Of a stretch of 64,000 bases of DNA, positions 49,241-59,960 are shown piece after piece. Position numbers and translations under genes: made by a program. How positions within the stretch are numbered: position 1 is the first letter of the stretch; every line of letters starts with the position of its first letter. The stretch is from Hamiltosporidium tvaerminnensis FI-OER-3-3. Taxonomy: Eukaryota > Fungi > Microsporidia. The DNA is taken from positions 682,001 to 746,000 of the forward strand of contig CM061246.1 in the NCBI GenBank assembly GCA_022605425.2. Reading direction: 5' to 3'. The notes below the pieces were generated by a model. It ran no database searches. It had not been told where the DNA came from and saw nothing but the letters and a program-made list of their open reading frames with translations.

Positions 49241-51514
49241 TTAATCGTATCGATGTCTTCTCGAACTTCTTTTATATAAAGAATTCTTTTTGGTGATAAG
49301 AATTAATCTCAAATCTTTATCTTCAATAAGCATTTGAGATATAAAATCTTCAATACAAGCAACAATAAATTCCAAATTTTTTAATTCATTTTCTGTTAAA
49401 TCTGGAATTTCTAAACAAACAAAACTACATTTTATAAAGTCAGCTTGTTTAGGTTTTATATTATTTTTATTCATTCCTATCAATCTTTCCAATAAACTTA
49501 TTAAACATCCACTTGTAAGAGAACAAAGCATTCCTAAATCAATATTTTCAATAAAATAATCAAATAAACTATCATCACCTTCCAAGGCCATAACACTGGC
49601 TGCTTCTGTCTTTTTTTCATTTAATAATCTAAGAAGTTGACTTTCTGGACTTTCAGTAAATCTTAATTTCCCTAATCTTTCTCTTAAAAAATCTTCAGGA
49701 TTTAAACTTTTGAATTCTCCAACGACTTGTAGTCTCATTTCTTCAACTGATGCTTCCATTGCAGGCAAAACCCGCTCAATAATTACTTCTTTAATTCCTT
49801 TAACAATATCAGAATTATCTTCTTTGTTTCTGTTTTTACTCGAGGAAATATTTTTTTCGTAGTTTGTAAATGAATCGCTGATGGTTTTTTTGAGAGAATT
49901 TGAAAGTCCTTTCATTTCTCTTCGGATTGCATTTTCAATTACAGAATTCAATGTAGTATTAAAATGATTGCTCATTTTATCTAACCAATCACCTATTCTC
50001 TTTTTATCTTTCATTTCCTTTTCTTTTTTATCTTCGTCCATCTTTAAATATATTTTGTCCATTAATTTTGTCATTTCCATAATTAAATCGCTTTTTACTC
50101 CATCGTTTGATTCTGAGGTCATGGGTATTAAAATATTATTTTTAAAATTTAAATTTGAAGGAGAATTTAAAGAAGTATTTAAAGAAGGATTTGACTGAGA
50201 AGTTTTATGACTATCAACAATTAAATTTTCTTTTTGACCTCTAAAATTTAAAGAAGTATTTAAAGAAGGATTTGACTGAGAAGTTTTATGACTATCAACA
50301 ATTAAATTTTCTTTTTGACCTCTAAAATTTAAAGAAGGATTTGACTGAGAAGTTTTATGAGAATCAACAATTAAATTTTCTTTTTGACCTCTAAAATTTA
50401 AAGAAGGATTTGAGTGAGAAGTTTTATGAGAATCCACAATTAAAATTTCTTTTTGGTTTATAAAATCAAAATGTAGATGAGAAATAATATTTTCATTTTT
50501 TTCAGTTTTTTGCTTGGAATTTGTCAATAGAGAAATAATAAAATTAAAATTTTCCTGTATAATTTGAAGTGAATACGGAACAAATTGAAAATTAGTACAT
50601 TTAACAATTTTAAGTTTACATTCTTGAACACAAATCCAATAAATAATAGAATTTACCCATACGGCAAGATAATTATCAACTTTAAAAATCTTAAATTTTC
50701 CAGATTTTTGTATCTTCATTTCGAAATGATACGAACAAATATTGTTTTTAATTTCTAAAAGACTTAAAAGTATATCTTCTAGTGTTTCTGTAACAGAAAC
50801 AACATATTTTTCCATTTTAAATAATTCTTGTCCTTCAATTCCGTAAAAATCCAAAAGTGAATTTTTTTCAATTCTATGGATTTTATTTTCTAAAGAAACA
50901 CAGAGTGTATTTTCATGCAAAAATATATTTACTTTTTTATTTTGATTTTTTTCTAAAATATTTTCTATTAAAAACGTGTCTTTTTCCGTTAAAGTTAGTG
51001 AAGAAATATTATATTCGTTATTATTCTTAAAAAGAATATAAAATTTGTTGTCTAACGTATCTATTACTTGATAAGTTTCATTTTCGAATGAATATATTTC
51101 TTTAAAAATCAAAATATTATTTTCCATTGTAATTTTATAAAAACATATTCTTTTATTAGAAAATATTATTGTCAGATACGCTATACTATCAGAATTCAAT
51201 ATTTCCTTCATTTGTAAATCAAAAATATTTTCATTATTTTTTATAACAGTTTTGATAAAAGGAAAATTTCTTTTTCTTATAAAAACACTTTTTTGATCAA
51301 AAGAATATGCAATATAGGATATAGATGTTGAAAGATAAATATTTTGTGTATTGATTGGTGCACATTCTGTTTCGTATTCTTCTAGAGTTATGGTATATTC
51401 AGATAGTTTGTCTATACTTTTCGTGGTGCAACCAACTCTTAAAATATCAGTAAGAGTTTTATCATTTTTGAATTTTTTTTTATTTTTCAGTATTTCATTG
51501 AAATTGTGTATCAT
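49241..51514 (-). CDS. EDC4/Ge-1/Varicose-like mRNA decapping scaffold (tentative)
   Basis: Beta-rich N-terminal region, Ser-rich linker and coiled coil. VLPAMEASVEEMRLQV resembles VIPAFExSCxxMFxQI; C-terminal EAASVMALE.D and LTSGCLISLLERL resemble EAFxxALxxxD and LSQxVLLSLxQQL. CCC upstream. Confidence 0.65.
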   Translation of the reverse strand: MIHNFNEILKNKKKFKNDKTLTDILRVGCTTKSIDKLSEYTITLEEYETECAPINTQNIYLSTSISYIAYSFDQKSVFIRKRNFPFIKTVIKNNENIFDLQMKEILNSDSIAYLTIIFSNKRICFYKITMENNILIFKEIYSFENETYQVIDTLDNKFYILFKNNNEYNISSLTLTEKDTFLIENILEKNQNKKVNIFLHENTLCVSLENKIHRIEKNSLLDFYGIEGQELFKMEKYVVSVTETLEDILLSLLEIKNNICSYHFEMKIQKSGKFKIFKVDNYLAVWVNSIIYWICVQECKLKIVKCTNFQFVPYSLQIIQENFNFIISLLTNSKQKTEKNENIISHLHFDFINQKEILIVDSHKTSHSNPSLNFRGQKENLIVDSHKTSQSNPSLNFRGQKENLIVDSHKTSQSNPSLNTSLNFRGQKENLIVDSHKTSQSNPSLNTSLNSPSNLNFKNNILIPMTSESNDGVKSDLIMEMTKLMDKIYLKMDEDKKEKEMKDKKRIGDWLDKMSNHFNTTLNSVIENAIRREMKGLSNSLKKTISDSFTNYEKNISSSKNRNKEDNSDIVKGIKEVIIERVLPAMEASVEEMRLQVVGEFKSLNPEDFLRERLGKLRFTESPESQLLRLLNEKKTEAASVMALEGDDSLFDYFIENIDLGMLCSLTSGCLISLLERLIGMNKNNIKPKQADFIKCSFVCLEIPDLTENELKNLEFIVACIEDFISQMLIEDKDLRLILITKKNSLYKRSSRRHRYD
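50160..50455 (-). repeat. in-frame coding tandem repeat (69/81-bp units, ~4 copies)
   Basis: LIVDSHKTSxSNPSLN occurs four times in the 757-aa ORF. Confidence 0.95.
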
Positions 51515-51560
51515 TTTTTACGGGTAAAAAAGAGAAATATTTTAAAATTTTTTTTAAAAA

Positions 51561-51858
51561 TTTTTATTTAATAAAATTCCTTGTTAAAATATTTTTTAAC
51601 ATTTTTATATGTTTTCTTCTACCTCTTTAACCACAACTGTCTCTTCTTCCAAATCCGACTCTTCATTTATGTTATTGGTCGGTTCCTCCTTGTGAAATAA
51701 GAGGTGTATTATTTTTTGGTTTTAAATTTTTTGCACCATCTTCCTCTCTCTTCGCTTCTTTTAAAGGGAGTGTTGGTTCCTCATGCATCTCTGCTCTCAT
51801 AATAACACCCATTGACGCTCTCTCCCAGCTCTCTTCGGCATTTAGTCCTGACTCAAGT
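51561..51858 (-). mobile_element. young 5'-truncated 3' end of the RLE retrotransposon
   Basis: Close match to 26184-26495, with a small internal deletion; ends ~45 bp upstream of the 51514 start codon. Confidence 0.92.
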
Positions 51859-52109
51859 TTACTACATCTAAATAATAAAACTATAAGAATATATTTTTTA
51901 AATTTTTTCTTTTAAAAATCTCATTCTATGTAAATAATAATCAGATTTTATTCCTACACATCTTTCATAATTAAATTCCATACTATATACATTGGATGAT
52001 AATATTTCAAAGCTTGGTAATAGAACCATATATATATTTAGTTGATATTGCTAAAATATTCAGTCAGATTTATTTGTTTTAATGAACAAAAATTTTTATT
52101 ATCGAGTTA

Positions 52110-52900
52110 AAATGCTAATTATAGCTAGAAGAGGGCATACAGAGTCTAGTATACGGCATTCAATATAAGTATCCATGATATACATGGGCTAATATGAATA
52201 AATTTTTACTCAAAAAAGCAAAATACTATTATATCCAATGATTGTTGACAAATATTCACAATCACAACATTCGTTCAAAATATAGAAAAAGTGTCTAAAG
52301 TAAAGAACGTATTAATTCAAATAAGAAAAGAAGTTAATTAAGCAAATAAAAACATGAGAGAAATACTTAGTATTAAATTATTTTTAAACATTCAACTTAG
52401 AACAATTTATTGATCTAACAAAAAACCGAAGAATAAAACGTTTTTTTTTATGTTCATAATCTATAAATTAATACATTGAATAAACGGTTTTTTTGATTGG
52501 AAATGAAATAATTACATTAGCTTAAACTAAAATGTTTCTTAGAAAAAAAAGAAGTAGAAGGAACAACAAAAGAGACTAACTTATAGGTTATGCCGTGTAT
52601 AAAAGATTTTCCAGGCAAAGACATAGATGTAAATTTTTAAAGTTAAAAAGAAAAAAGTAGAAATTAAAAACCAAAAGGAAAACTGTACAGAACAAATAAG
52701 AAAAAAAGTTCACAGGCTACACATAAATTAAAGGGAATATATAACTTTGAAATACGAATGCTCAACTTAAAACTAAGGAATTCAAAATTATTGATCAGAT
52801 GAAAACAAAGATGTGGGTTTGAAAAACAAGAAATTATAGAAAAAATAGATTATCAGTGTAAAAAATATATGTTAAAACGACTAAAAAATCTAAAAATAAA
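52110..52900 (+). pseudogene. possible decayed gypsy-type or Ginger integrase remnant
   Basis: RGHTES...YTWANMNKF resembles the integrase H2C2 pattern GHxG...YxWxxMxxD; remainder broken. Confidence 0.3.
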
Positions 52901-53020
52901 TAGATTATGAAAATAGAAATGTTGAATTAAAATTACAAGATTTTTTTAGAAAGTAAAAATCAAAAAGTGAAGTGCGAAAATGAATCTATATATTTCGCTT
53001 TATATATCGTAAACCGATTT

Positions 53021-53240
53021 GAGAGTAGATAACCACCTTGAAAACCATCAGGTTAAAACGAGTGTGTGGAATTAATGTGAAAATCGTTATTGATATTTTT
53101 TTGGGATATAAACCACCCTGGATCTATAGGCCAATCAATCTTCCCTTATAATTCGATGTTAAAACAGATTAAAAGAAAGAAATAGAAAAATTTAATTTTG
53201 AAATTTTCGATACCGCGAGGTAAAAGAGGAATGGAATAAG
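53021..53240 (+). repeat. short variant sharing the 5' head of the 700-nt element with a different body
   Basis: gataaccac...gagtgtgtg...gggatataaaccac head; body matches 56830-56936. Confidence 0.65.
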
Positions 53241-53538
53241 TAATTAATATTGAAAACTCAAATTGAGTTTGTTTCCACGGATATAAAGAAATATATTACA
53301 ATAATAAATGTTTATCAATAATATTTCATATATTTTACTATTATTAATATGAAATTTTATTTCTATAACTATATAGACTTTTAAGATAATAATTTCCTTC
53401 GAAATTATAGATCATCTGAATATTCAACAGAAAAAAAAACATTTTAATTTAAAATACAAAAAATTTGACTCGAAAAATTAGAAATTTATTATTCACTATA
53501 ATTTTCATACTTTTTTACGTTGAAAATTATGATTCTTA

Positions 53539-54246
53539 TTTATTTAATATGTATCCTATCTTTATTAAAAAACTGGCAAATTTTATATTTTTCTCATAAC
53601 ATCAACGTTTCTAACTTTAACATAGATACCAAACATTGCTCTGTATTCCTTTAAATAACTACATCCCAAAACCTTTTATATAAATGAAGTAGTGAATCTT
53701 GTTAATCGACTAAGCAATTACATTGATTTCGTAAGTGTTCGTTGTCGGAAGGAAATTCGGCTAGAACCACCTTTTACTCAGAAAAACGAGCAGCATAGCT
53801 TCTTACTTTACTATTTTCGAATCGAATAGACTTCCAGCTAAGATTACGTCACAACGAATTAGATTAGGTTCATCTAGACTTGGCATAGGCATACCAACAG
53901 ATATTCTTGTTACTTAATATTTTAACTTTTCAATGGCGGTTTTTAGTATCTCAAAGGCGTTAAGTCTTTGAAAACGAGCGTACAAAGCTATGTTTACATG
54001 CTTTTCATGGTAATTACTTACATATTTAGCCTGCAGGCTGCTATCTAGCTACACAAAAAACTACAAACTATATTCGTATAAAAGGTTTCATTGCTTCATA
54101 GATTTCTTTCTTATAGAAATTCACACAAAATACCAAAAATATAATGTGGTTATTCCCATAAATAATCCAAACACTTGTTTCCTACTGCAATTTCAACTAT
54201 TCTTTGCCATTCCCATACTTTTCAATGTGGTTATTCTTCCTTCCAC
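53539..54246 (-). repeat. ~700-nt structured element, old divergent full-length copy
   Basis: Both termini retained (tttatttaa...tggcaa and tgtggttattcttccttccac), with co-linear internal blocks (ggcgttaagtctt, aaaaaactacaaa, aatccaaaca). Confidence 0.85.
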
Positions 54247-54477
54247 GTATTTAATTTTCAGTATTTATTTTGCCAAAAAAAAATTAATTTTCAAACATAA
54301 TTATTAAACTGATGAGTAACCCGAAGATTTTTCCGAACTCCATATACACATAGAATTATACTCGTAATTATATGGTTTTCATATCAATAATGGTTTAAAT
54401 ATTTATTTTTCATATCTTACAGTAAATATAATATTTAAACAAAAATTTAAAAATGATTTGGATTCACCCCTAACGAA

Positions 54478-56337
54478 ATGTCAGATGATTCAAATTATAT
54501 TCCTCCTTTTGTTTTACCATTACCAACCATTTACAATTATAGTCAATTTATATCAAATTTGGTAGTATTACGCAATAAATATGATCCTAAAGTTACCAGT
54601 TCCAAATATTTTGATGAATTAACAGTAGAGGATACCAAAATATCAAAATTATCATTATTTGTTCCGAAAAAAATTTATGATGATATATCAATAACTAAGG
54701 TTAGTTCTGGATTTTTACAAGCTCGTTTAACGAATAAAATGATTTCAATAAACAAAGAGACAGTTTCTTTTGTCAGAAAATCTTTATTAAAAAAAATTTG
54801 TGATTTAAAATCTAAAAAATATGAATTAAAATCCTTTTATAAGAAAATAAGCAGTGAGGATTTGAATAATTTAGAAACATTTTTTGATATAGAACCACCC
54901 AAAGAAATATTTAGTTCTTCTTCTTTATACCAAATATATTCTTTTTTAAAAGAAAGAACAGAAATAAATGAGGGATTTGAGGCAGAAATATCTTGCTTAG
55001 AATACCAGTATTTATCTTTTCTTAATCGTTTTTTAAAAGAAAATTCTCATAAAATTTCTGATAAATGCATAACTTTAGAAGATAAAGTACGAATATTTTG
55101 TTTATTGCGATTTGATAAAAATCAAAAAAATTTGGAAGTTTACCATAAAAGATATTTATATGCAGAAATATTTGTTTATTTTAGAATGGGAAAAATTATG
55201 GAAATCAAAAATCTTTTTCGAGAAAATTTAGAATTCTTTTCACATATTTCGAATGAATTTGACAAAATGTTTGTTGAGTGGTACGAATTTCCTCAAAAAC
55301 GAAAAAATATTCGTGCCAAATCCATGATTATGCATGATAAGTTGAAAACAGAAAATTGTGATGCATTTAGATTGTTTTTTTACAGGCTGATGGCACAACT
55401 AGATATTTTAAAATGCGATTCTATTGTTTTAAATACATTCGAAGACTTTTTATGGTTTGAATTGATTAATTTTGAATTTATAAATTCTCGTAAAAAAATA
55501 ATTTCTTTATTTGCATCTCTACCTGTCGTTCCAACCTTTTTTGTAACCACGATGATGAAATATTATGAGAAAAGTCTTGATATGATTCTTTTATCTGAAT
55601 TTAATCTTTGTGATTGCTATTATATTTCAAAAGAGTTAGGAAAATTTGTTACTTATAAAACTTTTGTTGAACTCGTATTTTTTATTTGTATAAAATTTAA
55701 AGATGTAAAAAGAACAGTAAAAATATTAAAAAAATTGAAAGAAGTTTTGGATCAAAATACTTATATCGATGTTATAAGTGAAAATATTATAAAAAATGAT
55801 TTATTTGAAATTTTGATTGGAGAAAATAATGAAATGGTATTTGAAGATGAAATTTATAAACGAATTACAGAAAAAATTAAAGATAGAAATGAAACTTCTT
55901 TACTTTTAAAAATATATTATTTATTTGAAGACGATACATTGATTTTAAACACTTTAAAAAATATTTTACAAGACAGTATTCTTAACGAAGCAAGTGATCA
56001 GATTCCATTTGCTGACATAATTCGATATTATGAAAAGATTGGTGTAACTAGTGAGTGGAGAAATGTAAAAATTTTAAAAGATTTTTTAAATTTTAAATTG
56101 AATCAAACTGACGAAACATTCAATCAGTTGGTTTTTTTTAGAGATGAAGAAATTGAAAAAAGTTTTATCATTGAAGCCAAATATGTATTTGAAAAGATTG
56201 TTATGCTTGTTTCTTCGTATATACAAAGACATCATAGAAATGATTTGGCGAGAAAAGTTTTTATCATTTCTGGTGAGTTGGGTCTTTCTGAAGATTGTCT
56301 TGAATATGTAAGATCTAAACTTGTTTTAATGATATAA
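54478..56337 (+). CDS. NIC96: nucleoporin Nic96/Nup93, reduced
   Basis: LYAEIFVYFRMG (cf. WALIFYLLRxG), DAFRLFFYRLM (cf. DPYRLAVYKLI) and TFEDFLWFEL (cf. IEDWLWxxL) in the expected order; CCCC upstream. Confidence 0.75.
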   Translation: MSDDSNYIPPFVLPLPTIYNYSQFISNLVVLRNKYDPKVTSSKYFDELTVEDTKISKLSLFVPKKIYDDISITKVSSGFLQARLTNKMISINKETVSFVRKSLLKKICDLKSKKYELKSFYKKISSEDLNNLETFFDIEPPKEIFSSSSLYQIYSFLKERTEINEGFEAEISCLEYQYLSFLNRFLKENSHKISDKCITLEDKVRIFCLLRFDKNQKNLEVYHKRYLYAEIFVYFRMGKIMEIKNLFRENLEFFSHISNEFDKMFVEWYEFPQKRKNIRAKSMIMHDKLKTENCDAFRLFFYRLMAQLDILKCDSIVLNTFEDFLWFELINFEFINSRKKIISLFASLPVVPTFFVTTMMKYYEKSLDMILLSEFNLCDCYYISKELGKFVTYKTFVELVFFICIKFKDVKRTVKILKKLKEVLDQNTYIDVISENIIKNDLFEILIGENNEMVFEDEIYKRITEKIKDRNETSLLLKIYYLFEDDTLILNTLKNILQDSILNEASDQIPFADIIRYYEKIGVTSEWRNVKILKDFLNFKLNQTDETFNQLVFFRDEEIEKSFIIEAKYVFEKIVMLVSSYIQRHHRNDLARKVFIISGELGLSEDCLEYVRSKLVLMI

Positions 56338-56720
56338 ATGAGTGGTTTTTTTAAATATTATTATGAAGTATTTCTTAAATAATTCTAGTTTTATTAAAGT
56401 AATGATTTATATTTCTTCTTAACCGTTTTTTTTTGAAAATTATTATTCGAATTAAAAAAATAGATTTTTACAGAATAAATTTTAAGTTATTTTAACTTTT
56501 GGATAAAATTATATTTTGTACAAAAAAAATAATCTTTTACCATTTAAACTTTCAATCATAGGGTGTATAAACAGAAAAATTTTGGAAAAACATGTTTTTT
56601 TTGAGCCAAATGATTATTTCATATTTAGGCAAAGTCTTTCTCAGGACAGCCTTGAAACTGTAGAAGTGTTATCATAAATAAGTTCGAAAGATTTTTTTTA
56701 TTTTTCTTTTTCGAAATTTA

Positions 56721-56936
56721 GGTGGAAGGAGGATAACTACATTAAAAATTATCTGCTTGACGAGGAAAGTGTACAATTTGTGTAAAAATTATTGCGGCTG
56801 TGTGATGAGATATAAACCGGACTAGATCTATATGCCAATCCTCTATAATCTCGAGCTACAATGGATTAAAAGCAACAAATCGAAAACTTTCATTTTTTCA
56901 TTCTCTACACCGAAAGTTAAAAGATTAAATAATAAG
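56721..56936 (+). repeat. short variant sharing the 5' head of the 700-nt element
   Basis: Begins gtggaaggaggataactacattaaaaattatctgcttg, then a body homologous to 53100-53240. Confidence 0.75.
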
Positions 56937-57594
56937 TTATCAAGTAAGTTTTCGTGATTTTATATGTTCACTTTGATTCTTTCATTTTTCCAAGGTTCGA
57001 ACTTTTTTTCATTTAAAACTTTAGTATTATACGTTCAAAAATTAAGTGTTACATGCCCTCGCAGGTTCTTTACTATTTGAATTGGTCCAATTTTTTTCTT
57101 AGTCTTTTTTTTTAACTTTATCTTTGTATCATGAGAAATCTATTTATGCATTTTAGTTCACCAACAAGGTTTTATATTTAAGATATTGAGTTTCTTGATC
57201 ATTAGATAAATTAATTCCTTAAAAGTGTTACGAAAATTAGATTCTCTTCCTCCTCACAAGAAAAAAACAGTAAAGTTTTTTACTATTATAATTCACCGTT
57301 TGCAATCATTTACTTAATACCATAAAATTATAATTTTATTTGAGGTTTTTAACGAAACGAATTTTCAAAATTATAAAACGTGAGCTTCGATTTAATCAAA
57401 TTTATTACGGTGATAATAATTATTACTATAAGAAAGACTATTTGGTTTTGGTTTTCATTGCTTACAACCGTGTATCTTTATACTTTGAAAAATGTTTTTT
57501 GCCTTTTAAATTTTGATTAAGAAAATGTTTGTAATTATTTTTTTAGATATATAAATGAAAAGTAATTTAATAAGCCTCCGATAAGATACCTTCA

Positions 57595-58317
57595 TTTAAA
57601 AGTATCACATCTTTTTAAAATAGTGGCAAGTGTTATATTTGTTTTTATGACATTAACGCAGTTCTAGGTTTAACATAACTGACTGCTACCCCAATACTCC
57701 ATCGGTAACCCCTGCGATACCTACGTCCCAATGCCTTTCATCTACCAGGTGTGTAGAACCTAATTAATAGGCGAGGCAGTTGCCGGAGCTCGTTAATGTC
57801 TGTTGCATGGAGTGTGATGAAGGCCGAAGCCCCCCCTGGGCTCTCCCAAGACTATGCAGCATTCCCACTCACTCTACACTTTCCGAACCCAATAAACTTC
57901 TAGCTAAGATATATTTCGGAGATTTACATGGGGTCCACCTAGACAGTGCAATGTCATACCAACAGGTATAACCTGCTACTTAGCTCTCCTGTATTTAAAT
58001 GGTTTTTTGTTTTGTATCTCCCAGGCGCTAAGTCTTCTAACCCGAGTGAGCAAGGCTAGGTTTCCATACTTTTACATGGCAATTACCTACATGTTCAGCT
58101 GCGGTCTGCAATCTAGTTACATAAAAAACTACAAATAAATTTGTAAAAAAAGTTTCTCCATTTCTTAGACCTCTTCTCCTCATAACAACTCCCATGGAAC
58201 AACCGAAGATGTAGTGTGGTTGTATTCCCACCAAAAATCCAAACAATGATCTTCACACCTGTTTCACACACTCATTGCCAAGCAGAAAGTTTTTTATGTG
58301 GTTATCCTCCTTCCACA
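57595..58317 (-). repeat. ~700-nt dispersed non-coding structured element, full-length reference copy
   Basis: GC-richer than flanks. Minus strand starts tgtggaaggaggataaccaca; cUUCGg hairpin at 57819-57834; possible degenerate TSD ccgataagatac (57578) / ccgattagatat (58319). Confidence 0.9.
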
Positions 58318-58859
58318 ACCGATTAGATATATTAGTCATTTTGGTTAAATCTGGGTTGCAATGTTTTGCGGCAGTTGATTTTTTTTCTACTTCGTTTGTT
58401 GATATTTTTTTATATCTTTTATTTGGAATTTTTTCATTTATATGTTTGATTTGTGTTTCGTCTTTTGGTCATTTTTGCAAATAAAAACGAACTAATTAAT
58501 ATGATTGTAACCTAAAACAGCCTTTATCATTAGTGAAAATATTGTCATGGTCTGTGCATTTCTGTTCTATTAATTACTTCCCTTGTTTATTCCTTCATAA
58601 ATATTATTGGGATTTAGTTTTGCCTCAAATGATACCTGAACATCAAAATATATGGTTTTGGCTAATATTTTGAACAATTTAAAGAGAACATTTTCTTTTA
58701 TTATGGCTGCCGCATGGCTTGTATTATTCTTTTTGTTGTTATAAATCATGAAAATCTATACTGAGTATCTTTTATGAATTATTATATCAAACCAAAGATA
58801 ATGCTTTAATTCACATTTGCGTCTGAATAAAAAAAATTTTTAAAAAATTACTCTTTCAT

Positions 58860-59960
58860 AATTTCAAGCATATTTTGCATTATATTTCCGAGATCCACGC
58901 TTTTGTAGTATTATGTAATACTTTTTAACAATCTATTTGAGAAAGCCGTAAAAGCTAATATATAAAGTCTTAAATAGCATCTCTAACTATTTTTTCCTAA
59001 TAATAAATAAAAATCCACAAACAATGATAATTTGTATCAGATATTAACTAGCCGAGTAGTTTGATAATTTCTTAGGCCGGTTTAATAACAAAATATGAAT
59101 ACTTTTCGGCGAAGAACTCTTAATAAAAGCCTATCTGCAAAATATAATAGCGAAATTGGAGAGTTTCTTCTTCTTTCAACCGTATATAATGCTGCAAAAA
59201 TTCAAGCTTTCGGGTTGTACGGAGCGAATGCACATCCCAGGACAAACCGCCTCTCGCTAACTCTAACAAAGATGTTTTGACAAAATTTTGGAGAAATGAA
59301 AACCAAATTAAGTCGAAAACCATTGCATTTAGATTAAAAGATATCAATAGAGCTGATCATTCTGGATGAAAAATATTTAGAGAATTTTAAACACCTGTTT
59401 TACAGCCCAGAGACTCCGTTCGATATTAACTATGACTTATTCATTTAATAGCAAATTAAATATTGCTACAGAATCGATCTATGGCTAAACCGAACATTCT
59501 CGCTATAATATCAAGTAATATGGAATTTTTAGTTCATTTAAAATGATCTAGTAATGAAAATTAGTCGTCTACACGGTACAGGATTTGCAGCGAAGAATAT
59601 TATCAAATAAAAAAAGTTTTCTGCGGAAATGATATTTTTGGAATGCATATCGATTTAGATGCATAGTTTATTCAAATAATTGATGGAGCCTTGCACAGCA
59701 TCAGATATACTCTTTTTTTTATAAAAAAATTTTAGAATTTGCATCAAATATAAACCTTGGCTGCAAATTCATCCTTAAGCAAGTCACCCTATCGTGTCAT
59801 AAATCCGATCATACACAGTGATTTTTAAGAAAAAATTCGAGAATTTTTACACGACCTGTTGTTTACCGAAATAAATCCTAGCAAACTTATTATTCCATCA
59901 TGAATACTGCATTGAGATTTGCTGTATCAATAAAGGATGGATATAATATGTTAAACCATG
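58860..59960 (+). pseudogene. possible decayed coding sequence of unknown type
   Basis: GC above background with short ORF fragments; no secure motif. Confidence 0.25.

Noticed and set aside
54309-54345. ctgatgag hammerhead start
   Set aside because: No stem II followed by GAAA.
58030-58045. ctaaccc as a telomerase template, or group I intron P7-like gact/agtc pairing
   Set aside because: Too short, not conserved in the old copy, and the gactta arm already has a covarying partner.
58055-58102. Hammerhead ribozyme core (minus strand ctgaaca...ggaaac) in the 700-nt element
   Set aside because: Not CUGANGA, and not conserved in the 33808 and 53539 copies.
57780-58484. Short ORFs within the 700-nt repeat
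   Set aside because: Frames are not preserved between copies; substitutions in the head segment checked fall evenly across codon positions.
59540-59620. SET-domain-like SRLHGTGFAAKNII
   Set aside because: No downstream NHS or ELxxDY motifs seen.
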